A DNA stretch of 64,000 nucleotides, taken from contig MU053493.1 in the NCBI GenBank assembly GCA_013239625.1, positions 1,249,793 to 1,313,792 of the forward strand, read 5' to 3'. The number at the start of each line of letters is the position of its first letter. Positions within the stretch are counted from its first letter, which is position 1. The notes beneath the pieces were generated by a model, which saw only the letters and a program-made list of their open reading frames with translations, did no database searches and was not told the origin of the DNA. The translations under genes and the position numbers were made by a program. Of this stretch, positions 26,957 to 40,650 are shown in pieces. The stretch comes from Lama guanicoe (lineage: Eukaryota).

Positions 26957-27491
26957 AAGGAAAAAAAAGATAAATAAAGGGTTTCTACATGCTTTTGGAA
27001 CATTGGAGACCTTCTTTCTTCTTGAGCCAGAACTTGAAGACTTCTTTTGGAGCCAATGCCCACTTCTGGGTTTGGGGATGCAGTGAGTTCACATCGGGGA
27101 GACTGGACGTAGAAAGTGATAAACTCACCCGCAGTTCTGTGATGCTCTGAATCGTGGTCTTCTTCCTGCTTGTTCTCACTTGCTTCTCTGAATTCTCACT
27201 TGCTGACCCACGTGTACTGTTCAGGTGTGTCGCTGCTTTCAGTGGGAGAGATGCCATGGCGTGTCCTCTCTCCATCTGGACCAGAGCCCGTCCTCTGTTT
27301 TTACAGGCGGGACAGCCATGGTTACCTACATATGGTGGGTTCTTTAAGTTGTCCGAGTTATTTGGGTCAAGATTTTTCTAACAGCCAGTGTTTCAGAGAA
27401 TAAACTCTTTTCATTGTGAGGTCTCAGATTTTTCTAAGAGTGAAATATTGCTATGGTTCCTGGGTTAAAAAAAAATGCAATTGTGGCAGAA

Positions 27492-27958
27492 GTGTTAGCA
27501 GATAGAGAGATCCTCTCCCGCCCCAAACTGGAAAGCCCAAAGAAACGTAGGTTCTTGCCTGCCAGTTGAGAAAGAATTACCAGCAGATACAAAGGGACAA
27601 AGTGCAAGTCTGCTTCGTTGCTCAAAAGAGGAAAAGGCACTCGAGCAGGGGAAGCCGTAAGCCCAGGTGGCCTGATGTGAGAACTCCCACTTTTGGGGTC
27701 TCAGCTGGGTCCCTTTATCCGTCTTCTTTGGGGCTCCTTTTTCTCATTCCATTGTCTGCTCGTTCCCTGCTGGCTTTCCAGTTCATTCTGCTCTGTGGAG
27801 TGGACACTCTGGAAAAACAAGATCAGGTGCCTAGGGATACTCAGTGTGGTCAGACTATTGGGACCCTTAAACAATGTGGTCCTGTAGATTAGATCCAGTC
27901 AGGGCTTCCTGTTCCTTCAGGGTGGCTTTTCCCATTACTCAATCATCCTCCCAAGTCA
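27492..27958 (-). mobile_element. Probable ERV1-type LTR
   Basis: taggttcttgcctgcc...agaaagaatt resembles the U5 end of the LTRs at 12047 and 42254. TG...CA boundaries are plausible; TSD not established. Confidence 0.5.
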
Positions 27959-28279
27959 GTCAATTTTAAACTTTGAAAGAAGTTTCTAGTTTAATGGATC
28001 GGCTCCCAGCTCCCTGCCTCCCTCAGAACCCAGGTGAAAGGTACACGGCCTTGCACGTAGTATTTTTTAAACTGTGTCTGTATATTTAATTAATTTACTT
28101 ATTTCCAAATAAAAAGTTAAAAATACACACACAATAATGGGAATCAGAGGACAGCAGAGGGAAGCGCATGAGAAGTGTAGGCAGATGAATATCTGGCAGA
28201 AAAGGCAGGACAGGGACAGTGGGATAAAAAGAGACGAAGACAGAGGACACGAACACAGATCAGCCCCCAGGTGAAAGAT

Positions 28280-28609
28280 GTGTCCTTACGTGGCTGCCTG
28301 CTTCCTTCACACCTGCCCTTGCCCATCCGTAAAGTGATCCTTCCGAAACAGAGGTCAGGTCGGTGACTGTTTCCCAGATTCCTCTGACCTCACCAACTAC
28401 CTGCAGAATAAACTCCTCCACGAGGTACCGAAGCCCCTTTAGGATCTAGCCCCATTCCATCCCTTCCACCTCATCTCCCGCTGCATCCCTTCCCCATCCT
28501 GCTCCCCAGACACACTGTCCACCTCTGTGCTTGTGCTTAAGCTCATGCCCCGTGCTGCCCACTCCCCCCAGCACACACACTCGCGCAAGTGCATGCACGC
28601 ACACACACA

Positions 28610-28650
<41 letters not shown>

Positions 28651-28780
28651 TCTCGCTCTTGAATTCTGCTCCTCTTGCACCTCTTCCAGGTTAGACCATG
28701 AGCTCCAAGGCAGCGAGGACCACTCCATCTTTTGCTGTGTCCTCCGAACACCTGGCACATGCTAGCCCTTCAATAGTGAC
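28280..28780 (+). mobile_element. L2 fragment with (CA)n microsatellite (~28600-28647)
   Basis: L2-like gcagaataaactcc...agaccatgagctccaaggcagcgaggac...cacctggcacat, plus a CA run. Confidence 0.55.
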
Positions 28781-29941
28781 TAATTCACTTTTCAAATAAA
28801 ATACTACTTCAGTAGACCACAAAGACTTTCCAGAAAAAAAAATAGAGCTAATAGCTAATATTCACATGCCAGACACTGTCTGGCCACTTTACATACATTA
28901 AAAGTTGGTTAAAAAGATTTTCGAGTGGGAGGCCAAACACATGAGGTGTTTATAAGGTCTCAGTTCCTGACTTAAAGAGAAAGCAGCTTTCACACTTTTA
29001 CAATAACTGTGATTCAGATCTTGCGGTTTTACCAAGATATTCTTTCAGTGTACCTATGCCTCGTTTATGCTGCTGTCCATGGGGGAAAAAATCCTTGAAT
29101 AAAGAAGCTAGGTTGCATTTTGAAGAAACATTAACTGAAGATTAACATCCCACATGTCCCCAGTTTAATTTTTCAGAATCTTTGTGGAATTTGCAAAATT
29201 AAGGAAAATGGTGAAAACTAAGTTAAAACGTCTTCTCAAAAATACATACACACCTAGAGAAGCCATCCACATATTTTAAGATGCATGTATGTTTGCCAGT
29301 TGAGTTGCTCATTTAATAACTAAAATTTCTAGATTTGTTTATGAGGAAATATACCTTTTCCAATCCTGGGCCCTGGGGTTTGAAGTATATATTGTTTGGA
29401 AATTTGCAAATGGTGGTCCAACTCCCAACCCCTTGCCAGTCATACTGACAGGTAAGTCCATTAACCTTTACATTTGACCTTTGGTAACATCCCTGCGAAC
29501 AACAGCTGCTGACTCAGATAAATGCAGTAATGCTCCGAGGAATACACCCAAGAGATGGGGGTGGAGGTGGAGGAAACCAAGGGGAGCATGTGTTTAGTAG
29601 AAATCTCTTCTTAACCTAACAGCTGGTCATGGGGTCCACCCACAGGAGACCCACAAGGCTGCCCCAGAGCATTTTACAGATGGACAGATGGAGTCAGAGG
29701 GGTGGGACAGATGTGGGAGGAGCCAAGGAAACTGTGCTGTTCGCGGTGGCTGACCCAGGATGCTTGGGCTCGCGGATTACACTTATTCATCACCCAGGAA
29801 ACTGGAGTGGGCTCCAGGTTGGTCACTCTTTTCATTACAGTGAGAAATAAAAGAGTCTCAAGGCCAGACATACCACATGTACGTACCCAGAGCACTTTTC
29901 CTCTGCAGTCAAGCTAGATCAGAAATTCAGTCTTTATAAAG

Positions 29942-30880
29942 TTTTATTTTATTTTTTTTAATTGAAGCATAGTTGATTCACAATGTTGTGTTCATTTCTG
30001 GTGTACAGCATAGTGATTCAGTTCTATATTATATGAATAATATATATATATTCTTTTTCAGATTCTTTTTCATTTTAGGTTATTACAAGATATTGAATAG
30101 AGTTCACTTTGCTCTACAGTAGGTCCTTGTTGTTTATCTATTATATATATAGTAGTTTGTATCTGCTAATCCCAAACTCCTGATTTATCCCTCCCCCTCA
30201 ACCCATTTCCCCTTTGGTAACCATAGTTTGCTTCCTATGTCTGTGAGTCTATTTCTGATTTGTAAATAAGTTCATTTGTGTCATTTTTTTAGATTCCACA
30301 TATAAGTGATATCATATGTTATTTGCCTTCCTCTGTCTGACTTACTTCACTCAGTTTGATAATTTCTAGGTCCATCCATGTTGCTGCAGTGGCATTATTT
30401 CATTCATCTTATGGCTGAGTAGTATTCATATATGTGTGTGTGTGTGTGTGTGTGTATGTGTGTGTATCTCACATCTTCTTTATCCAGTCATTGGTTAATG
30501 GACACTTAGGTTGCTTCCATGACTTTGCTATTGTAAATAGTGCTTCTGTGAACATTGGGGTGCATGTCTCCTTTTGAATTAGAGTTTTCTCCAGATATAT
30601 ACCCAGAAGTTGGATTGCTGGGTCATATGGTAAGTCTTAATTTTAAGTTTTAGTTTTTTAAGGAACTTCCATACTGTTCTCCATAATGGCTCCACCAAGC
30701 TAAGTTCCCACCAGGAGTGTAGGAGGGTTCCCTTTTCTCCATACTGTCTCAGCATTTACCAGTTGTGGACTTTTTAATGATGGCCATTCTGACCCGTGTG
30801 TTGCAGTTTTGGTTTGCATTTCTCTAATTACTAGCAATGTTGAGCATCTTTCCATGTGCCTGCTGGCCCTCTAGATATCT
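29942..30880 (-). mobile_element. Young L1 3' end, antisense
   Basis: T tail, ttgaagcatagttgatt...ggtccatccatgttgctgcagtggc...gatggccattctgacc. Confidence 0.93.
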
Positions 30881-33009
30881 GAAGCCCAGTCCTGAGCCCA
30901 TGCCTCCTGATTTATTAGGAGAATTCACTGTTCTAACTTTTTTTCAAATTTGGGTGATTAGAGGGCTGCTGTGAGCAAGTCCCATGTCCCCAAGTGGAGA
31001 CAAAACAGTGGCCTGGTGACTATGAATGCCAAGTAGGACTTAGAGGAGAAGGTCTGATGGCCTCTGGCCAGAGCTGGATTACCTGTGGATCTAGAAAGAC
31101 TGCCTCAATGAAACCACAGGCTGCTCCCCCTACTGTCCTGTCCCCAGTGGGGACAGCTCTGCCATTAAACTACACATATTTGAAATAAAATAACCACAAA
31201 AAAAATTCCTGTCCAGGATCAGACTTCCAAGATGCCTCCTCTGGCCTGGCCCCATCCAGGAAGACACATTTTCTCCTTAGATAGGTGAGTACATCTAAAT
31301 ACTTGTGAAAACAAAGCATTAGGACCATTTGTGGTGAGTTTCGCTTGGCTTGCTAATCAATTAAGTAGATCCCTCATTTCCTTTCCATTAGGGAAGATCG
31401 TAATCCCAGGTGCTAATCCTGGCTGCTTGGAATTAAATGCTTCCTCTCTGGGAAGCCAGCCACATCCACCGTGGTCTTTCTCGGGGATGTCTCCACGTAG
31501 GCTACCCCACCTTTTTGTGTTCATTCACCTTACCTCCCTGATACACACATTCTTCCAGGGCTCCCAGCCCGGTGTCCTCAATAATGAGGACTAAACTGAA
31601 CTGCGTTGAAGAGGCATCCCCAGCGGCTTGTGGGTGGACTTCTTGATGGAGTATGTGATGCGCTTATTAGGATCTGTGTCCCTTTAACACCGTCCACGAG
31701 TCCTAGCTGCCACTCTCCCAGCCTCATCCTGCTCCTGAGTCATGCAGCTCACTGCTCGGCATTTGATGATATTAAAGAATTATTGCTAATTAGTTTTAGG
31801 TGTGATATTGCTACTGAGGTTATGCTAAGAAATATATACACACTGTGATATTGATGGGTGATCTTAGCCGTGAACTTCCTCACTGCCTGTGTACTCTTGG
31901 ATGCCATCAAGCATCCTTCTTTCTTTTATTTTGCCATGTGTTCTAACTGTTCTAGGGTGAATGTTGGTCTGAAACCACCTAGTCTAGCCTTTCCACTTTC
32001 TAGGGACAGAATGGGAAACTAATTTGGAACATATTTTGAAAGATTCTGAATAACTAAGAGGTGTGTTTGAGTCACTTGGGTCCTTGGTTACTGGAGGAGG
32101 ACCACTGCCAGAAACGAAACTCTGGAGTATGGTTTGAATTTGTTTGCTGTGATATCACTGACAAATGCTGCAGTATCAGAGTGAACATACAGTAGTTTTG
32201 TGTGTGATTATTTTTTAATCAAAGAATCCCAAACTGGCTGATGTCAGCATGATATAGCTGTTCTTAAAATAAAACAATTATTACTTAACTCACATGCGCA
32301 AAAAGGTGGTTGTAAATGTTATCTGTTTAGTCCCTGGACGGACTGCTGCCTTCCAAAACAGAAGTTGTACCTCAGGCAGTTAATGTGACTGACGTCGACA
32401 TCATCTGTGTAGCTTTGTGTTGTAATTTACACAGATGAATTGTGTTCAGGATGTATATAACTCCATCGCTGTTAGACGTCGTACATTTTTGCAGTGAAGG
32501 GAACTTTTCAAAACCATGAACACAGATTGTCTGCCATTGTTGATATTCTACAAGTCATGTTAGAATATTCAGTTAACTCCGTTAGCCATCTGCATCCCGA
32601 CTGATTTATTTTAAACAAGCCCGTGTACCAGCAGTACTGAGAAGTGACTTCCCATAATGAGAGGAACTTGATGTTTCTGGCTCTCCACTTTTGTGTGTGC
32701 TCCTGTGTGTGTTTACAACGGACAACTCTGAAAGCCTGCCCTAGCTCTGCCATACTTTGTGTCGCCTTGAGGCGAAAGTAAACTTGCCAGGGCTTTGCAA
32801 GTGAAGATTGTAAAACAGTAGAGCAAAGTTTCACAATGACCCTGTAGATCTAGAAGAGATGTTTATGTGAAATCTAGGCTATTCTGTGTTTGATGGAGCC
32901 AAACATTGTAAGCAAAGAGCAGGTCTGACTGACGTATTAGGATATATGAAGATCAGTAGATTCAAACCAGTGACTCTTGTTGAGGGTCATCTAGATGTCT
33001 AGACAGACT

Positions 33010-33328
33010 TTCTGCCCCGGTCCATTGATCTGTGTGTTTGTTTTTGTGCCAGTGCCATACTGTTTTGATTACTCTAGCTTTGTAGTATAGTCTGAAGTCA
33101 GGGCACATAATTCCTCCAGCTCGACTATTCTTTCTCAAGATTATTTTGGCTATGTGATGTCTTTTGTGTTTCCATACAAATTTTGAAATTTTTTGTTCCA
33201 GATCTGTGAAAAATGTCATTGGCAATTTGATAGGGATTGCATTGACTCTGTATGTTGCCTTGGGTAGTATGACCATTTTAACAGTATTGAGTCTTCCAGT
33301 CCAGGAGCATGGTATATCTTTCCATCTG
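33010..33328 (-). mobile_element. Isolated internal L1 ORF2 fragment
   Basis: Minus ORF 32962-33276: [33 protein letters not shown]...[21 protein letters not shown]. Confidence 0.92.
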
Positions 33329-33359
33329 AGTTATTTGGCTGAGGTAAATGGGCTTTATT

Positions 33360-33470
33360 CTTTTTAAATTTTTTTTATTTATTTAAATTCTATTTATTTA
33401 TTTAAATGGAGGGACCCAGGATTGAACCCAGGACCTCGTACATGCTAAGCCTGTGCTATACCCTCCCCCA
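33360..33470 (-). mobile_element. tRNA-derived SINE (vic-1-like), internally deleted
   Basis: gggattgaacccaggacctcgtacatgctaagc...ctataccctcccc. Confidence 0.85.
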
Positions 33471-34221
33471 CAATGAGCTTTGTTCTTAATAATGTTCTCC
33501 TGTAACAGAGCCTAGACTCTAGGAGTGCCCAGAAAAGCCTGTTGGTGTCGGTACTGGTGTTGCTCCCACAGCCCCAGCAGAGAGACTTCAGTCCTTATCC
33601 TTCGTCGCTGCCTGTCCGTTTGCAGCTGGTACCATCTCCCTGGTAGCTGGAGAAAGGAGATGGGGTGGGAGGATGGCCCGACTCCAGAGTCAAGGCTTTT
33701 CTGCACCACACTGTGGCAACGTCACGGGAGCACAGCTATTGGTGTTCCTTACATAATTAATGGAAACTTCAGCCTGAGGCAGAGATTAAGCCATTTTCAG
33801 AAAATGAGTCTGAAAAATAATAATTGATTGTTCTCTGCTGTAATCAATTTGTTCCATGATTTCAGGCCTCAGCCCCTAGCAGATCAGTGATGCGGGTGGG
33901 TGAGCATGAAGGTGCCCCCAGCGGCTTTCCCCACCGGGAGACCCCCGGCCCCGCCACCAGGGCCGTCTCCACACTGCTGATGCACGTGCACATGTGGCAC
34001 GGCCCCAGCCCCACCCAGTCAGGATGCTGGTACAGATACGATGGAGGAGAATCAGGCATCTGTCTGCTCACCCTGGACACCCTGTGTCCAGCTCTCAGAG
34101 GAGAGCAGTTTGGGTTTCAAGTACATACGACTGAATGCACGAATGATCACTGTATATCCCCCACGTTGCTCATGATTCAGGGGTCCTTGATGTCTGTGGC
34201 TGCCCTAGAAGGAGACTTGTG

Positions 34222-34810
34222 TGCACATACAACACTACACACATACACACATACCACCCACTCACCCTGCACACTCCCTGTACAACCCCTGACAGACAGC
34301 ACACACACTAGTCACATAATACACTTCGCACATGCACATACATGGCATGGGCACACATCTCACGTGCACACGAGTATCTCACACGCATGCATACTTTACC
34401 TGTGTGCACATGCCCCTTATGCACACGTACCCTGAACCCGGACACCTCACACACATGCCCTGAACCCCGTGTGCACACCACACACAACACACATACCACA
34501 TGCCACTCACATAACGACACACATGCTGTGCAACACAGCACACAACACAACACACACAGCATCCAAGCTGTATATACTGCACATGCCAAACGTCACCCCT
34601 ACACAACACAACACACATACCACAACCCCCACCAATGCATGCAGAATCTGCACACGGACCCCACACATGCCACACAGCGCAACACACCACACATGCTCAC
34701 CGCACATTCACATACCATAGACAGAACCCATACCCCCTACCCCCACCCCACGTGTAAGTCACACGTACCAACATACCCCATGCACACAGTGTATTTGCAC
34801 ACAACACACA
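34222..34810. repeat. CA-rich low-complexity tract
   Basis: Degenerate acac/acat/gcac repeats over ~590 bp. Confidence 0.85.
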
Positions 34811-36409
34811 GATTTGCTCCACCTCACAGGTCCGTCAGCCACTGCCCCTGCCCAGGCCTCCAATCCCATGTCCTGGCCCCTCCTTGTCCTCTCTGGCCAC
34901 TCCCTGGGGGCCCTTATGAATAAGAGCAGTGGCCTCATCTGGACACAAAGAGGAAAGGAATAGGTTGTCAATGTTTCAGTTGGGACTGAAAACATTGAAA
35001 ACCAGTGTGTGTGTTTTTTTTGTAATAGTACACACATAACGTTTGTGCTTACATACCATTTGCTGTTTATGGGAGTTATGAATTCAATTTGTCTCTCTCT
35101 ACCATGCTGGCAGGTAATTTGGGAAATACCCAAAACACAGAATGTACAATCGACATGTAATATATACATAAGACTCATCCACAGTGGCTCCTGTTCTTTG
35201 GGCCCCTGGGGCCCTATTCGTCCTCCTTCTCACTTCCCAGGCCTAGGAAGAGGTGGTCCCATGGTTCTTGGTGGCATTAGGAGGTCGTGGGTCAGAGAGT
35301 GAGTGCCCACGTAGATGTCCGGTGTAAAGGAGCACAATTCCTGCCACAGCAGGTTCTCCTGGCACACAGTAGGTCCTCTGATAGTGACTGAATCAATCAG
35401 TGAAAAAGTGGATGCACGAGAGGATGAGTTCTACCGAGCCCCTGATGTGCAAGTCCCTCCCATTAAAACAAACTCAAAGACAAAAGCAAAGAAACAGACA
35501 GCACAGAAGACTCGGCTTCTCCTGACCTGACCATACATTGGAGCCACACTGAACCCCGAGGCTGGAGCCCCATCCTCAGCCCTCCTCAGCCCCGCATCCC
35601 TTCTGTGTTGCCCTGCTCCTCCCCATGGCCCTGCTTACGGAAGCTTCTGGCTGCTACAAAGGCTCACTCAAGCCTGATAGTCTCATGCAGGACCTGCCTT
35701 CCAGGCCACCAGCCTGTCCAGCGCCCAAAGCAGAGATGAGGGGCGTGGCTTCATCTTGCGGGGCTTTGCACCTGGCCCTGAGCATCCTCCCCTGTATCCT
35801 GAGCCCCGAGCAGCCTTCCCTGTATCCTGAGCCCGACCTGGCCCCGAGCAGCCTTCCCTGGATTCCTGAGTGGGAAACGCACATGGTCTTCCCACCCACA
35901 TTTCTGGCCACCTGCATGAGCCAGTGCCTGACTCTGAGTTCGTGAGCTAAAGCTGTCATTTCCATGCACTCTGGTAGTTGTTTGCAAGCTTTTTTCTGAA
36001 TGTGGTTCTCAATTAAAATCTTAGGGGACCCTCACAGGTCAAATGGGCAGAGCTGTTCAGGCTGCCACGAGGGGCAAGAGCCAGAGCCTTCCTTAGGCCA
36101 GCATCACCGCTGTGGAACCACTGGCTCACTGGGCTCCCGTGACAACTGCCTCCTGGGCAAACCTGGCCTGGCTCCCTTGGCACCTCCATGGTCCACCCAA
36201 CCCACCTGAGCTCAGGCCATGGGGAGCAGGAAATCGCCATGCTTTTCTGAAAGCCTGAGAGCCTCACTGCTTTTACTGTCCCTCCCACCGTCAATCCGTC
36301 AGGAAATCAAATCCCACTGACTTCCCTTCAAGAAGCCCCAGCGCTTCCACTAGGACCCAAGTCCAAGCGCTGCAAGCCTCTGCTTCCTGTTCTCTGCTCT
36401 GCTCTTCAG

Positions 36410-37938
36410 GGTCAAATTTAAATATAAATTATTTCCATAAAAATTTCAGATTCAGCTTGTCAGTTTCTCAAAAAAAAAAAAAAGACTGCTGGCACCTGGT
36501 TGGGGTGGCACTGACTCTGTGAGGATGCAGAGTAGGACAGCCCTGTGGCGGGAGCAGAGTGGGGGGACTTATAATGCATGCTTCCAGCTGCAGGATTGGG
36601 GACAGTGCAGCATTCATGTAAGGACAGATGTGCAGTGCATCCCGAGACAGGATGGAGTCCGGAAGGGGACTCACAGCAATTGTCGACTGACGTGTTTTTA
36701 GAAAAGTCACCAAAGGAAAGAAGAAGAAAGTCTTTTCAGCAAAAGGTGCAGGAACACTTGTAAAATATTGTTTTAAAGAAAGAAAAAAGGACCTTGACCC
36801 TCTGCTCACGCCATACACACAAACTACTTCGAGAGTGGTCATAGACCAAACACAAAGCAAAAACTCTGAAGCCTCCAGAAGAAGGCCTGGGAGGAGATCT
36901 TCATGACCCTGGAGTTAGCGAACACGTTGTAGAGAGGCCCAAGAAGGGACTGATTATGAAAACAAATGATAAACTGAATTCCATCAAACTCAAATATCTG
37001 TTCATCAGAAGACACAAAAGTGCAATAGGTAAGTCCCAAACTGGGAAATAATATTCATGAAACACATATCTGATCAAGTACTTTTATATATAGAAATAAT
37101 AACTGAAAATTCATAATGTATAAATATATAAACTGATATATAATATATAAATATTATATAAATAACAACTGAAGGTTAATTATAAAATTTACCCAATTAA
37201 AAAGTGAGGCAAAGACTTTTTTAAAAAGATGTATGTGTGTGTGTATATATATATGTATGTATATGTATAAATGAATCAGTTTGCTGTACACCTGAAACTA
37301 ACACAACAGTATAAATCAACTATACTTCAATAAAAGTTTTTTAAGTGTTTAATTAGAAAGAAAGATACATGAATGATCAGTAAGCATATGGAAAGATTTT
37401 GAAATCAGTCATCAGGAAAATAGAAATTAAAACCACAATTAGATATCCCCACACACCCCCAAAATGGCTAAAATTAAGAAGACCAAGAATACCAGGTGGT
37501 TAGGATGTGGTATGCATAGAACTGTCTGGTATTGCTGGTAGGAGAGCAAAGTAGTAAAACCACTTTGGAAAACAATTTTCTTATAAAATGAAGCATACAC
37601 CTTTCCTGTGAGCCGGCCTTCCTACTCTGGGGTATTTTACTGTAGAAAAATGGAAACATGAGTCCACAAAACAGCTTACACTTGAACGTCACAGCAGCTT
37701 TGTTCATCATCACTTAAATCTAGAAGCTGCTAAATACCCCTCAAAAGGTGAATGGATGAACCAAGCGTGATTTATGCGTACGATGGAATACTGCTGAGCA
37801 GTGACAAAGAAATAATTGTGGATGCATGCTACAGCAGAAACGAATCTCAGAGACCTTAATCTGAGCCAAGAGGCCAGGCACAGAAGAGTGGGCTTGTATT
37901 GCATGATTCCACTTGTATGAAGTTCAAAACAGCGGTGG
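36410..37938 (+). mobile_element. Old L1M 3' region, mainly sense, with a young L1 tail insert (~37225-37335); resumes at 42950-43120
   Basis: L1 3' motifs (aaattaaaaccacaattagat; atggaatactgctgagcagtgacaaag; catgattccacttgtatgaagttcaaaa). The terminal motif aatcatcgaact...tgtgtataaatgatac lies after the MLT. Confidence 0.75.
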
Positions 37939-39716
37939 TGTGGTAGGCTCCCGTTCCTCGCCACACAGTCAGACACTGATTCAGGTGCTGCTGCCTGTGG
38001 ACTTCGCAGATGCAATTCTCGTTGCCAATCAGGTGGCTTTAAAATAGAGAGATTTTCCTGGATTTTCTGGAAGGGCTCCAGGTCATCTCAAAGGCGTTTG
38101 AAAGCAGAATAGGGGAGGTGCCAAGATGGTAGAGCAGAGAGACTCACAGATTGCCCTCTCCCACAAATACACTAAGAGTTACATCTACAAACCCACTGAA
38201 TCGCACAACACCTGCTGACCTCTCGCAGAGTGTCTCTCGCTTTGAAATACAGGAAGATTCTCACAAAATCCGGTAAAAGGAAAAAATAATTTTTAAGAAG
38301 AAAAATCAGTGCAAGACTGGCCCTGCAGGGAGGGAGCGGCACAGGAAGAAAGGCACCCTCACAATGGGACACCCCCTCCAGCCGGGAGGTCAACAGGGAC
38401 AGAAGCAGAGCTTCCGAGGCTCGGAGGAGGAAGTGGCGACCACTTGGTAGACAGAACTAAAAGATACTGGCACGGAGGGTCCCTGCGATCCCCAGCCCTA
38501 GGCGTGAGCCAGCAGGGACAAGCTGGGGCTGGCTGCTGGAGACTGATGACGAGCCTAGGCAGAGGGCTGGGGCCACTGCACAGAGGCAGCCTCAGGGGAC
38601 TGGAGGGCCGTATGAGCTCTGGCTGGGGATGTGTGTGGAACAGAACAGCCTGGAACCCCTGTAAAAAAGCACCAATGCTGGTGTGTCTGTGGGGGAGGGG
38701 CACAATGCAGCCACGGCATGGCCCTTATCTCCACTTGGCTCCATTGTTGGTATGGTCTCGCGAGAAGAGAGGTGGGCCTGGTCATAGCCGTAGCTGCTGC
38801 ATGGAGGTGGGGCTGAAAACTGAATCCATACCCAGCGGCCCTGCAACTTCCCAGGCAGGACTGAGATTTCTTTACAGCCCTAGGCAGAGGGTGGACTTGC
38901 TTTCTCTGGACCCTTTGTGGCCCCGTGCCTCTAGACCAACAAGCAGTGAGCAGAGTTCTGGTGCATGGCAGGGGTGAATTTGGGTATTTACAACAGGCCA
39001 GCGTACCATACTGTATGCAGAGGTGGGGCTGGGGACTGCGCTGACCCTGTGGTGCACCACAGATTCAGGTGTGTGACTGCACGCTCACTATGGTGGGCCC
39101 TAGCACCTGACATTGGTGGATCTGCCCAGGTGGTTCCTGGGGCCCAGAACCAGGGGGATACCAGAGTGGGTGGCCAACATTCCCACAGCTAATGCAGGGA
39201 CAAAGCCAGCATCAACAAAGAGGACTTTCTAAGCTCACATAACAAGTGACAGATGACACCACAGAGGGCACTGCCCAGGGGACATCTCCTGTGGAGGCAC
39301 ACTCAGCAACTCTTCTTCCCAGCTGAAGTGCTCCAACCCTGCCCACCACACACCACAGCTCAGAAACAGGTCTACAAGCCTCTATTCCAGCAACAGGGGA
39401 GCAGACCCAGCTGCCATCAAGGCTGTGACAACCACAGAACAAAAAAGGAGGCCCCATTCAACAGCAACAATCAGGGCAGGCTCTGGTCCCCACACCACCC
39501 ATACCCATCAAAGGGGTGACAGCCAACACACACAGAAGACAGACGTAGCAGCCATCCATACTGAGAACAGCCCTCGCAACAAAACTATGAGATGCACACA
39601 GTCTACACAGGAATGCTCCCACTTTAAATAAAAACAAACAAACAAAAAACAGCCCTTCAAAACCACAGTAGATAACTGATACTCCTAAATCCAAGAGCCA
39701 GAGAGATGTAAGTAAA

Positions 39717-40650
39717 ATGAAGAAGCAGAGGAACCACTCCCAATTAAAATAACAAGAGAAATCCCCTGAAAGAATGAACAATGAGATAGACCTCAATAAT
39801 CTACTAGATCATGACTTCGAAAGTGGGGGGGGGGGGGATAAAAGCACTGAAGGAAATAAGAGAGACTATGAATAGAGATAAATATACTATAAAATACTAT
39901 AAAAAGAATACTATAAAATACTATAAAGAATACTATAAAAAGGAAATAGAAACTAGAAAGAGGGGCCAATTAAAAACACAAAACTCAATGGCTGAAATAA
40001 GAGCCGAGCTAAAGGCAGTCAAAAGCAGACTAGATAACGCAGAAGAACAAGTAAGTGACTTAAAAGACAGGGTAACAGAAATCACCCAATCAGAACTGCA
40101 GACAGAAAAGCAAGTAAAAAGCAGTGGAAGCAGTATAAGGGACCCATGGGATAATATAAAGTGTGCCAACCTACACATAAGAGGGGTCCTAGAAGGAGAA
40201 GAAAGAGAAAAGGGGATTGAAAAGGTATTTGAAGAAATCATGACTGAAAACTGTCCAAACCTAAAGAAGGAAACAGATACCCAAGTACAGGAAGCACAGA
40301 GGGTCCCAAACAAGAACCCAAACAGACCTATTATAATTAAGATGACCAAGGTTAAAAATAAAGAAATTATTCTAAAGGCAGCAAGAGAAAAAAAAAAAAG
40401 AGTTAGTTCCAACGGAACCCCCATAAGACTCTCAGCTGATTTCTCTGCGCAGACACTGCTGGCCAGAGGGGAGCTGCAAGATGTATTCAAAGTCCTGAAT
40501 TAGAAAAAGCTGCAACCCAGGATACTCTATCTGGCGAGACTATTCTTTAGAGTAGAAAGAAAGAGAAAGAATTTCACAGATAAGCAAAAACTTAAAGAGT
40601 TCAGCAATACTAAACTTGTCCTAAAAGAAATATTGAAAGTTCTGCTCTAA
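39717..40650 (+). pseudogene. Disrupted L1 ORF1p (coiled coil, RRM, CTD)
   Basis: MKKQRNHSQLK*QEKSPE..., SRLDNAEEQVSDL, NLHIRGVLEGEE, EAQRVP, ILKAAREKK, GTPIRLSADFS. In-frame stops (codon 12; TAG at 40501) and a poly-G frameshift near 39826-39837. Confidence 0.9.

Noticed and set aside
33887..34923. Long His/Thr-rich and Cys/Val-rich ORFs
   Set aside because: Products of CA-rich low-complexity DNA.
38309..38977. 222-aa ORF
   Set aside because: Lies in the GC-rich L1 5'UTR, has a non-ATG start and no recognisable domain; a chance ORF.
39811..40503. 230-aa ORF as a domesticated ORF1-type host gene
   Set aside because: It is the stretch between a frameshift and a premature stop of a decayed L1 ORF1.
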